This document shows positions 27,545 to 40,300 of a stretch of 64,000 bases of DNA, in pieces. A program made the position numbers and the translations under genes. The stretch covers positions 1,290 to 65,289 of IMG/VR virus record IMGVR_UViG_3300009164_000071, one strand, 5' to 3'. How positions within the stretch are numbered: position 1 is the stretch's first letter; each line of letters begins with the position of its first letter. The stretch comes from a virus. Its lineage: Duplodnaviria > Caudoviricetes. The notes beneath the pieces are model-generated. The model searched no databases and had not been told where the DNA came from. It saw nothing but the letters and a program-made list of their open reading frames with translations.

Positions 27545-30500
27545 TTATACAATAGTAAAACTTCCTGCGCCAGTAAATGTCAGTATTGTGTTAGATCCGT
27601 AAACAGCTGAACTTGGAGATCCTGTACTCGATACATATCGAGATGTTGGAATGCTGACTACAACTATTCCAGATCCGCCAGCATATCCGTTAACTAAATT
27701 GCTTCCACCACCACCGCCACCCCCAGTATTAGCAGTGCCTGCAGATCCTGCAACACCTCCACCTGAATTTTGAGCTCTTCCGGCGCCTCCGCCACCTTGT
27801 CCGCCTAAACCGGCAGCCTGCGTTAATCCGTCTGCTTGTACGCCACCTCCTCCGCCGCCGGCAAAATAGTAATTTCCGTAGCCGTCTGACACCCCAGAAG
27901 TCGATCCCGGAATTGGATTCAACAATCCTAGACCCCCGTCGCCGCCTTTTATACTGTCGATAACACCAACGGGCGTGCCTATGATACTACATGCTGATAT
28001 AGCACCAACTCCTCCCGGAATATCAATCTCATCAACTCGAATGTTAATATCGTTAGTAGGGCTTGTGCCACCAAATAGTGTACCGTCCCATAGAACTATA
28101 TCACCTACTACATAGTTAATACCACCCGAAGCGGTAGTTATACTAGTATAACTACCGGTAGCACCGTCTCGAACCACAGTTAATAGTGCATTAACTCCGG
28201 TACCTGTTGTTATTGTTTGCGGAGTGTTGCTGTAAGTTGCTCCGATATTAATATTTCCATTACCGCCTGCACTAGCCGCACCTCCACCTCCACCGCCTGC
28301 TCTCAGTGAATCAGTGCCTGCGGCTGTTGCATTACCTCCTGCATAACCTTGTAGAGATTGGCCAAGTCCACCCGCAACTCCTCGAGGGTTAGGTACAGAT
28401 GTTCCAGGGCCTCCTGTAAATCCACCGCCACCTCCACTACCACCTGTTTGTGCGGCATTATTAATTCCGTCACCTCCTAGTCCACCTCCAAATGCAGTCA
28501 ATGAAACAGAATTTGGTCCTGATATACTAGAATTCGTGCCGTTGCCTGTGGTTCTTGATGTTTGTCCTGCTTGTCCTCCTGCTCCGACACCTACTAAAAA
28601 CGTGCCTACATAAGCGTTAATAACACCTGTTATCAATCCCCCAGCGCCGCCGCCCCCTCCAACACTGTTTGATAGTAAGCTACGTGTGCCCCCTCCTCCG
28701 CCACCAGCAACTATTAAGAACATAACTGGAATATTACCTGTGTTAATATTATTAAACGGAGATATTCCTGTTGCTACTGTAAGAGCAGTAGGATTAGTTA
28801 TTGACAAAAAGTTAGAAGATACATCTGTGGTAGTATTCACTGCTGATTGGCAGGTTAACAGTATGGTATTTGTTGCACTAGTTAGTGGAAAAATAGGTGC
28901 TGAGAAATTGGCATTATACAAAGAAATATCTTTAATTATTCGAAGGTTAGATATATAACCATTAAATGTATTGGCCAAACTACCCGATCCCCAAGTGCTG
29001 GCATAGTTTGATCCTATGGATAGTCCGTTGTTGTTAGTTATTGGAGCTAGGGCCGTTGTTTGTGTAAAATTTAAAACGCCATTTAAGTATCCTCGATATA
29101 CTCCACCCGAACGTGACACTGCAATATGATACCATTGATTGACTACACATGATCCTAACCACCCTGCTGGGTTTCCTGCATCGCTGGTTCCAATTACATT
29201 GGTACTAGGGAATGCGCGACCTGCACCCCATAATATTCTCACTGCGCCATTACCTCCAGGGCCGCTAAAGGTATTAAATCCATCATTACTACCACCACCA
29301 CCACCGTATTCACCACCATTTTCTGCGCCTTGACCCCCACCATTGGCACCACCTGAACCACCTCTGCCACCAACATCTCCACTTACACCAGGTCCTCCAC
29401 TTGTACCTTGTCCCTGCAGGCCAACTCCACCTCCCCCACCTTGGCCATTATACCCTGTTCCTTGTATAAAACCACCACCCCCGCCACCGCCACTACCTGC
29501 GCCTGCATTAGGGCCAAATGTCCATCCTTGCCCGAGGCCACCGTCGCCAGAATAACCACCTGCACCACCGCCTGCTCCTAGACCACCTGATCCTGAGCCG
29601 CCGGCGCCGCCATTACCGCCACCATCACCTACAAAGTTGCCACCTGAAAAATTACCGCTTGCACTACCACCACCGCCTTTAACAGTGGCAGCACTGATAA
29701 AATAACTGTCGCCACCTGCAGTCGGTGACCGACCAGCTAACGGAATTCCGCCTTGTTGTTGGCCATTACCACCACCACCTACAACTACGGTATAAGTTTG
29801 ACCAGGTGTGACCGCGATGTTATTTTTCCATCCCAGCCCGCCACCTCCACCAGCCCCTGGAGATCCACCTGAGCCAACAGTGCCACCACCACCACCACCA
29901 CCGACGCAGACTACACAGACCGATGTGACCCCAGTAGGCACTGTCCAGCTATAGGTTCCGGGAGTGGTGAATGATATAGATCCAAATCCTGGAGTACCGC
30001 TGGCACTATAGCCGCCTATGTCAGTGACTGAATTGTTAGAACTTGCCGCAAAAACAAAAGAATTATTAAGTCTTGATATTTCATAGCTTGAAAGGGCGGC
30101 ACCTATGCCTCCTTTGTTGATCAACATACCAGTTCCGCTAACGCCTAATGTATATGCCCACAATTCGATGGTAAAATCACCGGTTAGATTTAATTTAGAA
30201 TCTGAAGGTAGTAATAAATTACTACTTGCAAAATATGCAGAGCCACCCTGGAATGGATTACTGGTTGACGGAACCACCGATCCTATGTTGTTTACTGTAG
30301 CATTGATACTTGAATTATCTGTTAAAAATCCATCAGTTGCATATAATGTGTTTAATAGCAGTCCTGTACTAGTTGACGAAGCTAAAGGATTACTAGGTGG
30401 TTGAAAAGTTATAGGTGTACCTATAGTTATGGATCCACTGGCAGTAAATGCGTATAACCGATTTCCAGCAACAGTTGTTGTTATAGGATTTCCTGATGTC

Positions 30501-32776
30501 ACTGCGGCTGGGTAAAGAGACGCTGAATAACTAATGATTGCTACACCAGAACCACCATTACCTGGATAGTTATAAGTGCCGTAGCCGCTAGAAGCACCAC
30601 CGCCACCACCTGTGTTGGTTAACCCGTGTGTACCTGTATTTGTACCGCCTGTTGTAATGCTAGAACTAGCGTTATATCCGCCACTGCCACCACCACCTTT
30701 ACCACCAGCTCCCCCTGGATACCCACTTCCTGATATTGCACTTGATCCTCCGCCACCGCCCGCAAGATAATAACTTCCGTTATATAGTTCTCCTATAGTA
30801 CTACCAGTAAATGGGTTTACTTTACCAATACCCCCATCTCCTGCGGCTGTACTAACCGTGACATCCATACCTTGTGCTCCAGCACCACCACCGCCTGCAC
30901 CTGATGTAGTTCCAACATTAGATCCTCCACGATTTCCTTGACTTTCAATTGCAGTGCCAGCACCGGGATTACTATTAACTCCATCATAGGCGGCGCCGCC
31001 GCCGCTTCCGCCCCAACCTCCTTTGGCCGTTATAGCACCTTGGTTGGCAAAACTACTGCCTCCACGACCGCCACCTACTGCTCTGGACGTTAAGAATGTC
31101 GATGCCGTACCACTTGTTATTGAATCTGCAGATTGAGTTATAACTCCCTGTCCTCCTGACCCAACCACAATTGGATAAGATGATCCGTAGGTTAACAGTC
31201 CAGTATCAATAAGATATCCACCTGCGCCACCGCCACCACCAGATCCACCGCCGTAGTCGCTGGTTAGATCTACATTTGTGCTAGGGAACGCCCGTGTTAT
31301 ACCTGTACTACCTGACCATAAAATACGAACCGCACCATTATATGCAACTCTATATTGATTACCGCTACTGCCATAACTTTGCCCTGATTGGCCACCGCCA
31401 TATAATCCTAATACTCCACCAGATCCTGGTCCACCGTTAGATGCGCCGTCAGCACCTTGACCGTATACGCCAACGCCACCGCCATAACCTATAGGACCAG
31501 GGTAAGAGCCATAGCCGCCGCCTCCACCACCACCGGATCCAGCACCAGCAGGTACACGTATACTGGCACCACCGCCACCATCGAACCAGCCGCCAGCTCC
31601 GCCAGAACCGGTATAACCACCAGCACCACCTCCACCATAAGCATATCCGCTGACAAACTGTTGACCACGGTAGCTTCTGCCGCCATTGCCTCCTCCGGTG
31701 CCTACGTATCCGCCACCATAACCCATAGTATCAGGGTAGTACCCCGCTTTGGCTGCCTTACCTCCAAAGCCTGCTACAGTAGTTGCATCAATAAAATAGC
31801 TGTCGCCACCATCAAACGGGGTTCCAAAATAATCTGTCGGTGTTGCAACACCCACAACTACATTGTATGTTTGTCCGGGAACTACTGTTATATTATTTTT
31901 CCAGCCTAACCCTCCACCTCCACCCCCACCATCTATACATCCGCCGGCACCGGCGCCAATACAGACTACACAAACTGAAGTGACGCCGGCAGGAGCTGTC
32001 CAACTACCTGAAGATGTAAAAAGCTGTGAACCAGGTTGGACGCCACCAACTGCTAGAGTAGTTCCAGGCGCGGGTTTGCCAGTTCCGCCCGCTCCGCCAC
32101 CTGCAACCAGTAAATAATTTACAGTGGCTGTTGGTACACTTCCACCATACTGCGCGGTGCCTTTAGTCACACGAATATTAGAAATATAACCAGTTATATA
32201 TGAACTGGCTATAGCATCCCCGGCTGCCCCAATATACCAATTACTTCCAACTCCGTTTAATGCTCCGGAAAACGTATAATTGCCGCTGGCCGTGCCATTT
32301 ATATACAAAGTTATAACACCGTTTAATCTAACCACAGCAAGGTGTGTCCATTGATTATAAGTTATAGGTATAGTACTAGAAATTACTGGAAATGCTACTC
32401 CGTTGATAGCAACTTGATATTTTGTAGTATCACCACTGCTATGTCCGGCAAATAAAGATAAACTACCTGCGGTATAAGAGGTATAATTTGAAAAAATGCA
32501 CGGTGTACTGTAATTTCTTGCAGTCAATAATGACCAACATTCTACGGTAAAGTCTCCAGTACCAAATTGCAAAGAACTATTAGTAGGTACGGTTAGATAA
32601 TTAGCGCCAAATTGCAGACTTCCCGATAAAATTCCTAGGGATAGACTACTTGAGCCGGCACGGGGCCAAGAAAAATTGTACCTAACATCATCTGCACTCC
32701 ATAACCCGTTAGGCTGAGCAAGAGATGTTATAAGGTTTCTAGGACCAATAATTCCGCCGTTTAGTCTGCTTCTCAT
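27545..32776 (-). CDS. Gly-rich / LamG (ConA-like) appendage protein, 1743 aa
   Basis: Two LamG domains (GDFT.E.W...W.H.A..R.....Y.NG...YISN.R) and four Gly-rich domains. Confidence 0.85.
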   Translation of the reverse strand: MRSRLNGGIIGPRNLITSLAQPNGLWSADDVRYNFSWPRAGSSSLSLGILSGSLQFGANYLTVPTNSSLQFGTGDFTVECWSLLTARNYSTPCIFSNYTSYTAGSLSLFAGHSSGDTTKYQVAINGVAFPVISSTIPITYNQWTHLAVVRLNGVITLYINGTASGNYTFSGALNGVGSNWYIGAAGDAIASSYITGYISNIRVTKGTAQYGGSVPTATVNYLLVAGGGAGGTGKPAPGTTLAVGGVQPGSQLFTSSGSWTAPAGVTSVCVVCIGAGAGGCIDGGGGGGGLGWKNNITVVPGQTYNVVVGVATPTDYFGTPFDGGDSYFIDATTVAGFGGKAAKAGYYPDTMGYGGGYVGTGGGNGGRSYRGQQFVSGYAYGGGGAGGYTGSGGAGGWFDGGGGASIRVPAGAGSGGGGGGGYGSYPGPIGYGGGVGVYGQGADGASNGGPGSGGVLGLYGGGQSGQSYGSSGNQYRVAYNGAVRILWSGSTGITRAFPSTNVDLTSDYGGGSGGGGGAGGYLIDTGLLTYGSSYPIVVGSGGQGVITQSADSITSGTASTFLTSRAVGGGRGGSSFANQGAITAKGGWGGSGGGAAYDGVNSNPGAGTAIESQGNRGGSNVGTTSGAGGGGAGAQGMDVTVSTAAGDGGIGKVNPFTGSTIGELYNGSYYLAGGGGGSSAISGSGYPGGAGGKGGGGSGGYNASSSITTGGTNTGTHGLTNTGGGGGASSGYGTYNYPGNGGSGVAIISYSASLYPAAVTSGNPITTTVAGNRLYAFTASGSITIGTPITFQPPSNPLASSTSTGLLLNTLYATDGFLTDNSSINATVNNIGSVVPSTSNPFQGGSAYFASSNLLLPSDSKLNLTGDFTIELWAYTLGVSGTGMLINKGGIGAALSSYEISRLNNSFVFAASSNNSVTDIGGYSASGTPGFGSISFTTPGTYSWTVPTGVTSVCVVCVGGGGGGGTVGSGGSPGAGGGGGLGWKNNIAVTPGQTYTVVVGGGGNGQQQGGIPLAGRSPTAGGDSYFISAATVKGGGGSASGNFSGGNFVGDGGGNGGAGGSGSGGLGAGGGAGGYSGDGGLGQGWTFGPNAGAGSGGGGGGGFIQGTGYNGQGGGGGVGLQGQGTSGGPGVSGDVGGRGGSGGANGGGQGAENGGEYGGGGGSNDGFNTFSGPGGNGAVRILWGAGRAFPSTNVIGTSDAGNPAGWLGSCVVNQWYHIAVSRSGGVYRGYLNGVLNFTQTTALAPITNNNGLSIGSNYASTWGSGSLANTFNGYISNLRIIKDISLYNANFSAPIFPLTSATNTILLTCQSAVNTTTDVSSNFLSITNPTALTVATGISPFNNINTGNIPVMFLIVAGGGGGGTRSLLSNSVGGGGGAGGLITGVINAYVGTFLVGVGAGGQAGQTSRTTGNGTNSSISGPNSVSLTAFGGGLGGDGINNAAQTGGSGGGGGFTGGPGTSVPNPRGVAGGLGQSLQGYAGGNATAAGTDSLRAGGGGGGAASAGGNGNINIGATYSNTPQTITTGTGVNALLTVVRDGATGSYTSITTASGGINYVVGDIVLWDGTLFGGTSPTNDINIRVDEIDIPGGVGAISACSIIGTPVGVIDSIKGGDGGLGLLNPIPGSTSGVSDGYGNYYFAGGGGGGVQADGLTQAAGLGGQGGGGAGRAQNSGGGVAGSAGTANTGGGGGGGSNLVNGYAGGSGIVVVSIPTSRYVSSTGSPSSAVYGSNTILTFTGAGSFTIV

Positions 32777-32780
32777 AATA

Positions 32781-33206
32781 TTAAAAAGTTATACTTCCTG
32801 TACCTGCTGTAAACGTGTATACCCAAAACCCTGGTCTAGATATTGTGTTTACTGTAAAAGTTAAGTTATTTACAATTCTTATAGCTGAAAATGTATTAGG
32901 GTAAACAATAACTTGTATACCACTGCCAATGGTCATTGCTAGTGGAACATTATATTTTTGTACATATTGAGGAAAATAATTTACGGTTCCACCGTAGCCA
33001 ACAATAGTGCCTGTTAGCCCATATGTAGCGTTGCTTCCGCTGGCCGCTGTGGCTGTGAGATATTCAAAATTTGGAGGACTGGCCAGCGGCCAACTGTTGG
33101 TACTTTGTCCTAATTCTTCGTCAACTATACTCCAAATGCCTGTGGCTGAGCTGATAGTATATGTAGTTGTTGTTCCAATTACGCCACCATTGATCCTTGT
33201 TCTCAC
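32781..33206 (-). CDS. Short paralog of the 1743-aa protein lacking a Gly-rich core
   Basis: Starts MRTRINGGVIG, ends YTFTAGTGSITF; GTG start overlapping the upstream TGA. Confidence 0.7.
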   Translation of the reverse strand: MRTRINGGVIGTTTTYTISSATGIWSIVDEELGQSTNSWPLASPPNFEYLTATAASGSNATYGLTGTIVGYGGTVNYFPQYVQKYNVPLAMTIGSGIQVIVYPNTFSAIRIVNNLTFTVNTISRPGFWVYTFTAGTGSITF

Positions 33207-33562
33207 GATATTGTTTCATATGAACAGACCGCTACCAACGATCCAGTGACACCACCATATACCCGAAGTGCATCTCCTTCTTGCAGATATATTGCTGTAT
33301 CCTTACCAATAACAACCAGTGAACTGTTTAACGGCACAGATACGTTAAAACTCACCGGATATGCCACAGCAGTTCTAAATATATCTACGTAAGAAGCTAT
33401 ATTGGTTGTGGTATTGATATTGCTAAAAATTAAATTGTTAACCCTCACAACTGTATTGCTACCTGCAGGATTACTAACTAATGACTGTGCAGAAGTTAAT
33501 ACGTTCTGTACTGCGGTACTTCCGTACATTGTGCTTATGTTTACTATATTAGGTGCTGACAT
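33203..33562 (-). CDS. Small beta-sandwich adaptor-like protein (119 aa)
   Basis: MSAPNIVNI...IYLQEGDAL...SYETIS; aligns with 61677..62060. Confidence 0.75.
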   Translation of the reverse strand: MSAPNIVNISTMYGSTAVQNVLTSAQSLVSNPAGSNTVVRVNNLIFSNINTTTNIASYVDIFRTAVAYPVSFNVSVPLNSSLVVIGKDTAIYLQEGDALRVYGGVTGSLVAVCSYETIS

Positions 33563-33565
33563 AGG

Positions 33566-34357
33566 TTATCCTCCAAAGAACAGCGAAAATACTATCATTT
33601 TATTTGTCGATTGCGCAGTTATAGAAACTGCACTATATTCGTCTATCCAGTAATAAGACGTACCATCTGATGTCCATCTATACATAACATCAGTTGATGT
33701 GTTGTACCATATATCCCCAATACCTGGATTTGCAGGAGGAGTTGGTGATGATGTATTACGAGTGCCGCCACCAGTAATTTGACCACTGACTACAACATCA
33801 CCACCGATGCCAACTCCACCTTTGACCTGTAGGGCACCTGATGTAGTATTAAGTGAGTTTGTATTATTTAATACAACAAATGTAGAGGTAGTACCTGTAG
33901 TTGCAATACCACCTGCATATTGACCAATAGTTGCTGTGGTTATAATCTGGGCGCCCGCAACAAAACTAGTGGTATTGACATACAATGCTCCGCCAATACC
34001 AACACCACCGTTGACAATTAATGCGCCTGTGACAGTTGACACAGCCAGAGTGGTATCATTAATAGTGGTAGCACCTGTTATAAGGCCGCCTGCAAATACG
34101 CTTCCGCTGCCTACCAATGTTCCATTAGAATAGATAAGATCCGCATATAGTGTACCACTGATACCAGCACCACCGCGAACAATTAATGCACCTGTGCTAG
34201 TAGATACTGATGTACCTGTTCCACCTATAACCAGTGAAGATACTGTAGACGAATTTGTATAAACCCTAACCCATGAATTAGAAGCGGCCCTATATTGGTA
34301 GGTTATATTATTAACTACTGCTGTTGCGCCATTTGAGGGGAAACTTGGAAATGCCAT
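33566..34357 (-). CDS. Fibre connector protein
   Basis: MAFP..W module, three GAL.V.GG.GI repeats, GDIWY module, hydrophobic end SLFFGG. Confidence 0.8.
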   Translation of the reverse strand: MAFPSFPSNGATAVVNNITYQYRAASNSWVRVYTNSSTVSSLVIGGTGTSVSTSTGALIVRGGAGISGTLYADLIYSNGTLVGSGSVFAGGLITGATTINDTTLAVSTVTGALIVNGGVGIGGALYVNTTSFVAGAQIITTATIGQYAGGIATTGTTSTFVVLNNTNSLNTTSGALQVKGGVGIGGDVVVSGQITGGGTRNTSSPTPPANPGIGDIWYNTSTDVMYRWTSDGTSYYWIDEYSAVSITAQSTNKMIVFSLFFGG

Positions 34358-34368
34358 TTAATTGTCCT

Positions 34369-37300
34369 TTATGACCAATAACCTGCAACAGGTGAATTAG
34401 GTGAAATAATCTGATTAGTTGTACCAGGAATAACCACAGTGTATAGTGGTACAGCTTGTCCTAAAACTCTAACTCCGTTAAGTTGTACGTTCAGCATTAT
34501 TGGTCCTGTGTCTTTTATATTTCTAATGTAAACCGGATTTGGTATTCTATACGCTCTAAGTTTTGTAATAACATTTACTACAGTACTTCTAGTTAGAACA
34601 CGTGCCCCATTCAACTGTGTATTTAAAGTTTTTGGCCCAAGATCACTAAATCTACGTGCGATAGTAGGAATATGAACTCGATACACTATAGGTTTACGTA
34701 CAACATTAACAGGTCCAGCATAAACAGTTGCCGGAATTCCCTGACGATTGTAGAAAGTTTTTGCACCACCGTCATTTAAGCGTTTTACAATAGGTCCTGG
34801 ATATGGTATTGTATGCGGTATCATGTTGGCCTGCATGGTTGCAGTGGCAACATTTAGTGTTCTATTAAAAAACACAACATTTGTACTGTTAACTGTTATA
34901 CCAAGTTTTAGTGTTGGATTTACTTGTGCTAGCCCTGATACTAATCCTGCAGTTGTTAACTGAAATGTACCAACAGAAACACCGTAAGGAATACTAGGAT
35001 TAAATCGTGCTCTAACATTGGTGTCAATTAATACTGATGCACCTATGCCCGAGTAGCCTCTTATTTTAGGATTAACAATAACGCCGGTAGTTGTGGTTAT
35101 CTGTGTACTAGTCAGTGAGGTCACAAACGGTGTTAGCGTATTGGTATAATTAATCGTTCCATTTCTAGTTAATATAAAGTTATTAAAGCTAGAGTCTGCA
35201 AACTGGCCATTGTCAGTGGCAGTCAACGTTAGCGGACCGTTTCTAACAGTTAGTAAAAGTTGTGTGCTTGTACCTGTGGTCAACGGTGCAACAGGTGCGT
35301 TGGTTGATGCAGTATAGAAACCAACACCTCTACTGATACGTAGATTTGTTAAAGATCCTGACAGAAATGTACTGGCATCCTGTCCACGCCCAATCCAAAT
35401 TGCATTATTACCGGTTGAATAGTTAACGGCATCCGCGGCAGAATAATATACAACACCGTTGACTAAAATTCTTAAAGTACCGTTAACTTTACTATAAACT
35501 ACATGATACCATGTGTTGATAGCGGGTGTTATTCCACTGGTTGCTCTGTGTGCAGTACCATCGTGTAATGTAAAAGAGTTTGCAGGAGTACCCGCCGCGC
35601 CAAATACGCTAAAGTAAGCAGGTACAGCAGTTGCACTACCACGTAGATCTAAGATAGTTGTCTGTGCAGGTAGTGCAGTAAAGTATGTCCAGAACTCTAC
35701 AGTCCAATCTTGTACACCTAGAACCAAATTAGCATTACCGGTGAAGCTGAGGAAGTCTGTAGTTCCGTTAAATTGCAAACTACCAATGTTTAATGTATTG
35801 TAAACATAAGGTGTCGATGTAGACACCCATGTAGGTGTCCCAGCAAATGTTATTGCAGTATTATTAAGGCTGGTATCTCTGTAGGTTGTTGCAGATGTTT
35901 CAGTCTGTAATAAGAACTGTGTATTAACAATCGGGTATGGTGGTAATGTTGGTATAGCATTAAACAAGTTAGTGGTATACAAAGCAGTACCATTGATAAT
36001 ACGCATACTGGTTATAAAACCTTGGAATGGACTAGCTAGGTCACGTGAGTCAGCACCAATTCTTGCTGGACCAATTGACGAGAAGTTAACAGCATTAGTT
36101 ATAGTGATTGGATTAGTTAAAATATTAACGCCGTCTACAAATATACGAATATTATTGCTAACATCTCTTGTCACAGCTACATGGCGCCATGTGTTCAACA
36201 AATTAGGAACAATAACGTTTTGTAGTCCAAAAAGGTATGTAGGAGCTAGATAATATCCAGTTTGCATAACACTAATTGTAGTAGCACCAACATCAATTCT
36301 TAGTCCACCTGGGAAAGCACCTTGACTGTACAATGTACAAGCTGTGCTGGTAGTTAAATAAATCCAAGATTCAAATGTAAACTGTCCTGCTAGTTGCATT
36401 GCACCTGGATTAATAATAGTTAGATAATCAGTGTTGGTAGTAAACGGGTTGTTCTGACTGAATGTAGGTCCGCTAGCTGTGACACCAAATCCTAATGATC
36501 TGCTAACAACAAAACTACTTGTGCTAGAATCTACCAAATATGAAGTTGCAGAGGTGGCATTTAATAAGAATACTGTGCCAGTAGTTGCTAGTGATAGTGG
36601 TACCCTAGAAGGAGTAAACGCTGTTCCGCCTGGATATAATCCGTATCCTTTTAACACACGAATATTGTTAATATAACCCTGGAAGAAGTTTGCGGCAGTA
36701 TTTCTTGTGTCACCGGTATTGCCAATGATAAAGTCACTGCTAACACCGTAATCAGTGGCATCTGTATACGTCACACCAGTTTGAGTACCGTTGATGTACA
36801 TTCTAGTACTACCACTGTTTCTCGAAATAGCAAAATGATACCAGGTACTGCTGGTCAATGCACCAGTTATAATTCTTGGTACACCGCCTACATAATACGC
36901 ATAGGTGTTGACCGCAGTTTCTGACTTAAATGTAGGCTTGAGCTGGCTTGTACCAGCACTACTGGCTCTAAAATCAATGATACCTTGATTAACACCGGAT
37001 TGAATTAATGGATAGAACCAACCTTCGATGGTAAAGTCACCTGTACCAAATCCTAAATTGGTACTAGTTGACACTACAATAGCATCGTTAAGTGCATTGT
37101 TGAATAATAAACTACCGCCTGCGGCTGGACTAACAGGAATACCACTGAATCTTAAGCTACCGTTAACCAATGGATACACTATAGATGTTGCCGTCGATGT
37201 TGTTATGCTAGACTGTACTCGAATTGAGTTGTAAACACTTTCGCCAACGCTAAATCTCTCGTAGGTTGTCCTATTGATATTAGGTCTAGCTTCAGTTATA

Positions 37301-40300
37301 GCAGGTCCTTGCCGTAGGCCAAATTGCTTGTTAACATAAGGGTTAACTACCATTGGGAATGTCCAAGGAGTAGCACTATTATTAACACCATTGAGTGTTA
37401 AATTATATGTAGGTCTACTACGATTAGTTTTTATACCATTGGCTGCGCTAGTCACAAATACCGCGGCAGCAATACCATTTCCCTGTGGTCTAGGAGTTAT
37501 AACAATACTAGAAGTTGTTATAACTCTAGTTGATGTTGTACCTACAATAAAAGGTGTTGATGTGCTGAAGCTAGGAGTACCAACTTGTCTAACACCTATA
37601 TCAAATGCTGTGCTAGTTGCCGTGTTTGTCGGACTAGGTTGTAGCAAGAACTGTGTACTAGTTCCTAGGACAAACGGTGCTAGTGGGACTGATGTATTTG
37701 TAGTATACATAGCAACGCCACCAACAACACGGAAGTTAGTTATATAACCTTGCAAGAATCTTCTAGTATTACCATCTGATTCAGCACCAATAGTCAAAGG
37801 CGCTGCCGCATAGTTAATAGTATCAAAATAGTTAATACCCTGTTGAACACCATTGACAAATAATCTTGTTATTCCCGAAGCACGAGACACAGCAATGTGT
37901 GTCCAAGTGTTGATGCTAGGAGTGTTTCCTGTGATGACAATTGCACCATTAGCATAGTATTTTAATTTACCAGCATCAGTGTTATCAACGTACAATGAAC
38001 TAACAGCACCTGTAGGAACACCACTTCTAAAATCCCATACAAAGGTATTATTATCAGCGGCACCGTTGGCTACTCCGTTAGATGCTAGACGTTGTAGGTA
38101 TGCCCAAGTTTCTACAGTAAAGTCTTGTAGACCAAGAGCAAAGTTAGTTGACGTTGTAGTACTTAGATAATCAGTAGTTCCGTTGAGCTGTACACTGCCA
38201 AATGTTGATGTAGTATAAACATACGGTGTTAGTGTAGAAACCCAGGTTGGAGTTCCAGAGAATATAATTGCATTATTACTAGTACTAGAATCTCTAAATG
38301 CTGTGGCCTGTGTTTCGTTGGTCAAATACAGATGCTGTAAAGGAGTAGGAGTGGTCACAGATGTTTGTAGTGTGCCACCACGAGTTATAATCGCTGATCC
38401 TGTACTGATATCAGTAAATGTATTAAATGGTCCGTTTAAAGTCAACAATACTGTGGCAGTTGTTGCCGTGGTCAGTGGCATACTTGGTACTATAAAATTA
38501 GTACCAGTGTATAACTGTAATCCTCTTGTTATACGTAGGTTGGAAATTGACCCCCAAGTAAAGTCTGTATAAACTGATCCGTTAAAATATGCACCAATGG
38601 CCAACGGAGATCCAGCAATGTTTGTTATTGTGACAGCCGGTACAGTGAGTACAAGCGCACCATTAACATAGATTGATACGGTAAGGGCAGTTAAATTGTA
38701 TACCCATGCACAATGGCTCCAAGTATTCAATGGCAGTTGCACACCAGGCGCAACCCAAATAGTACTACCGTTAAAGAATCCAATCCATCCGTTGGTTATA
38801 TTTAAAAACCCTTGATAACTGGTACCACCAGAACTACGTTTGGACCACAGTGTATTGTAGTTTGCATAGTTGCCCGAGGGGTTAACCAAACATTCTATGG
38901 TCCAGTTCCATCCAGCAAGACCTAATGCAAATGAATCTGGCATGGTCAAGTAGCCAGTGGTTCCGTCAAATCTAGCATAACGATTTGGTGGATTGTCTGG
39001 TAATAGTGGCGGTTGTGTGTATGAGAACAATGTCGGGAACAGCGTTGCCCCGTTGATCATACGCAGACCTGTGACATATCCATTAAACGGATTTGCCAGG
39101 TCACGTGATTCAGCACCAATTCTAGATGGTCCAACAGCTGAAAAGTTAGTTGTTATACTTGCCACTGAAGTTGCAGTAGTGCCGTCTACATATAAACGTA
39201 ATTGATTGCCTACATCTCGAGTCACAGCAATATGACGCCAAGTATTTGTTAAATTAGGAACTGGGATACTTTGTAATCCAGGAATATACGTCGGCTGTGT
39301 AAAGCCATTTTGCATGATACTAATACTAGTAGGTGCAACGTCAATTCTTAGGCCTCCTGCAAAGGTACCTTGACTATAAAGTGTTCCACCACCGTTTGGT
39401 GGTAGATAGACCCAAGCATCAAAACTAAATTGTGCTGTACCGGGTTGTAGCGGACCTGGATAAATTACACTTAGGTAATCTGTAGTGGTTGTAAAAGGAT
39501 TATAATTACTAAAAGCAGGACCAGTAGCAATAAGTCCAAACCCTTGAGACCTATTAGTTGTGGTATTAACAGTACTAGAATCATTTAATGCTGTAATTGC
39601 AGATCTAGAACCTAGCAAATATACAGTACCGGTAGTAGCCGTTGTTAGTGGACGAGTTGATGTATTAAATCCTGCAACGGTATAAAATGAAGTATTTGAC
39701 AAACGTACATTGCTAAGATATCCATTGAAGTACAAATTAGTGCCAGCAACACCAGTTTGACCAATGTATAATGTGCCAGATGCTAGCGATGGTAGATTTT
39801 TAGCATTGGCTGTTGCAGATGCAATGCCGTTTATATATAATTTTGCACCGGCTGCAACACCAACTAGTGCCATGTGATACCAAGTTCCTACAACAAGAGT
39901 ACTAGGTAGTGTAAATGTTGTATTGAGTGCCGCACCAAACACCACATTAGCGGTTGTAGAAGATATTTCTACAGTCCATCTATTAGTTGCATCTTGATAT
40001 AAGGCTATTGCACAACTGGCAGCGGCCACTGAATTTAAATTAAACCAAAATTCAACTGTGTAATTAGTAGTGGCACCTACATTTAAGTTTGCGCTGTACG
40101 GCATTGATAGGAATTGATTAGTACCATTGAATAATGATGACCCACCGAGTACCATAGTAGAAGGAACTAAAACATTAGGGAATGGTGACAGCCCGGATGC
40201 TACTGCAGAATTATTGTTTGTAATTGCAAATGCATTTACACTTGCGTCAACAATTGATGATTTCAATTGTGCGGTTAATAGTTGAGTGTCATTAATTGCA

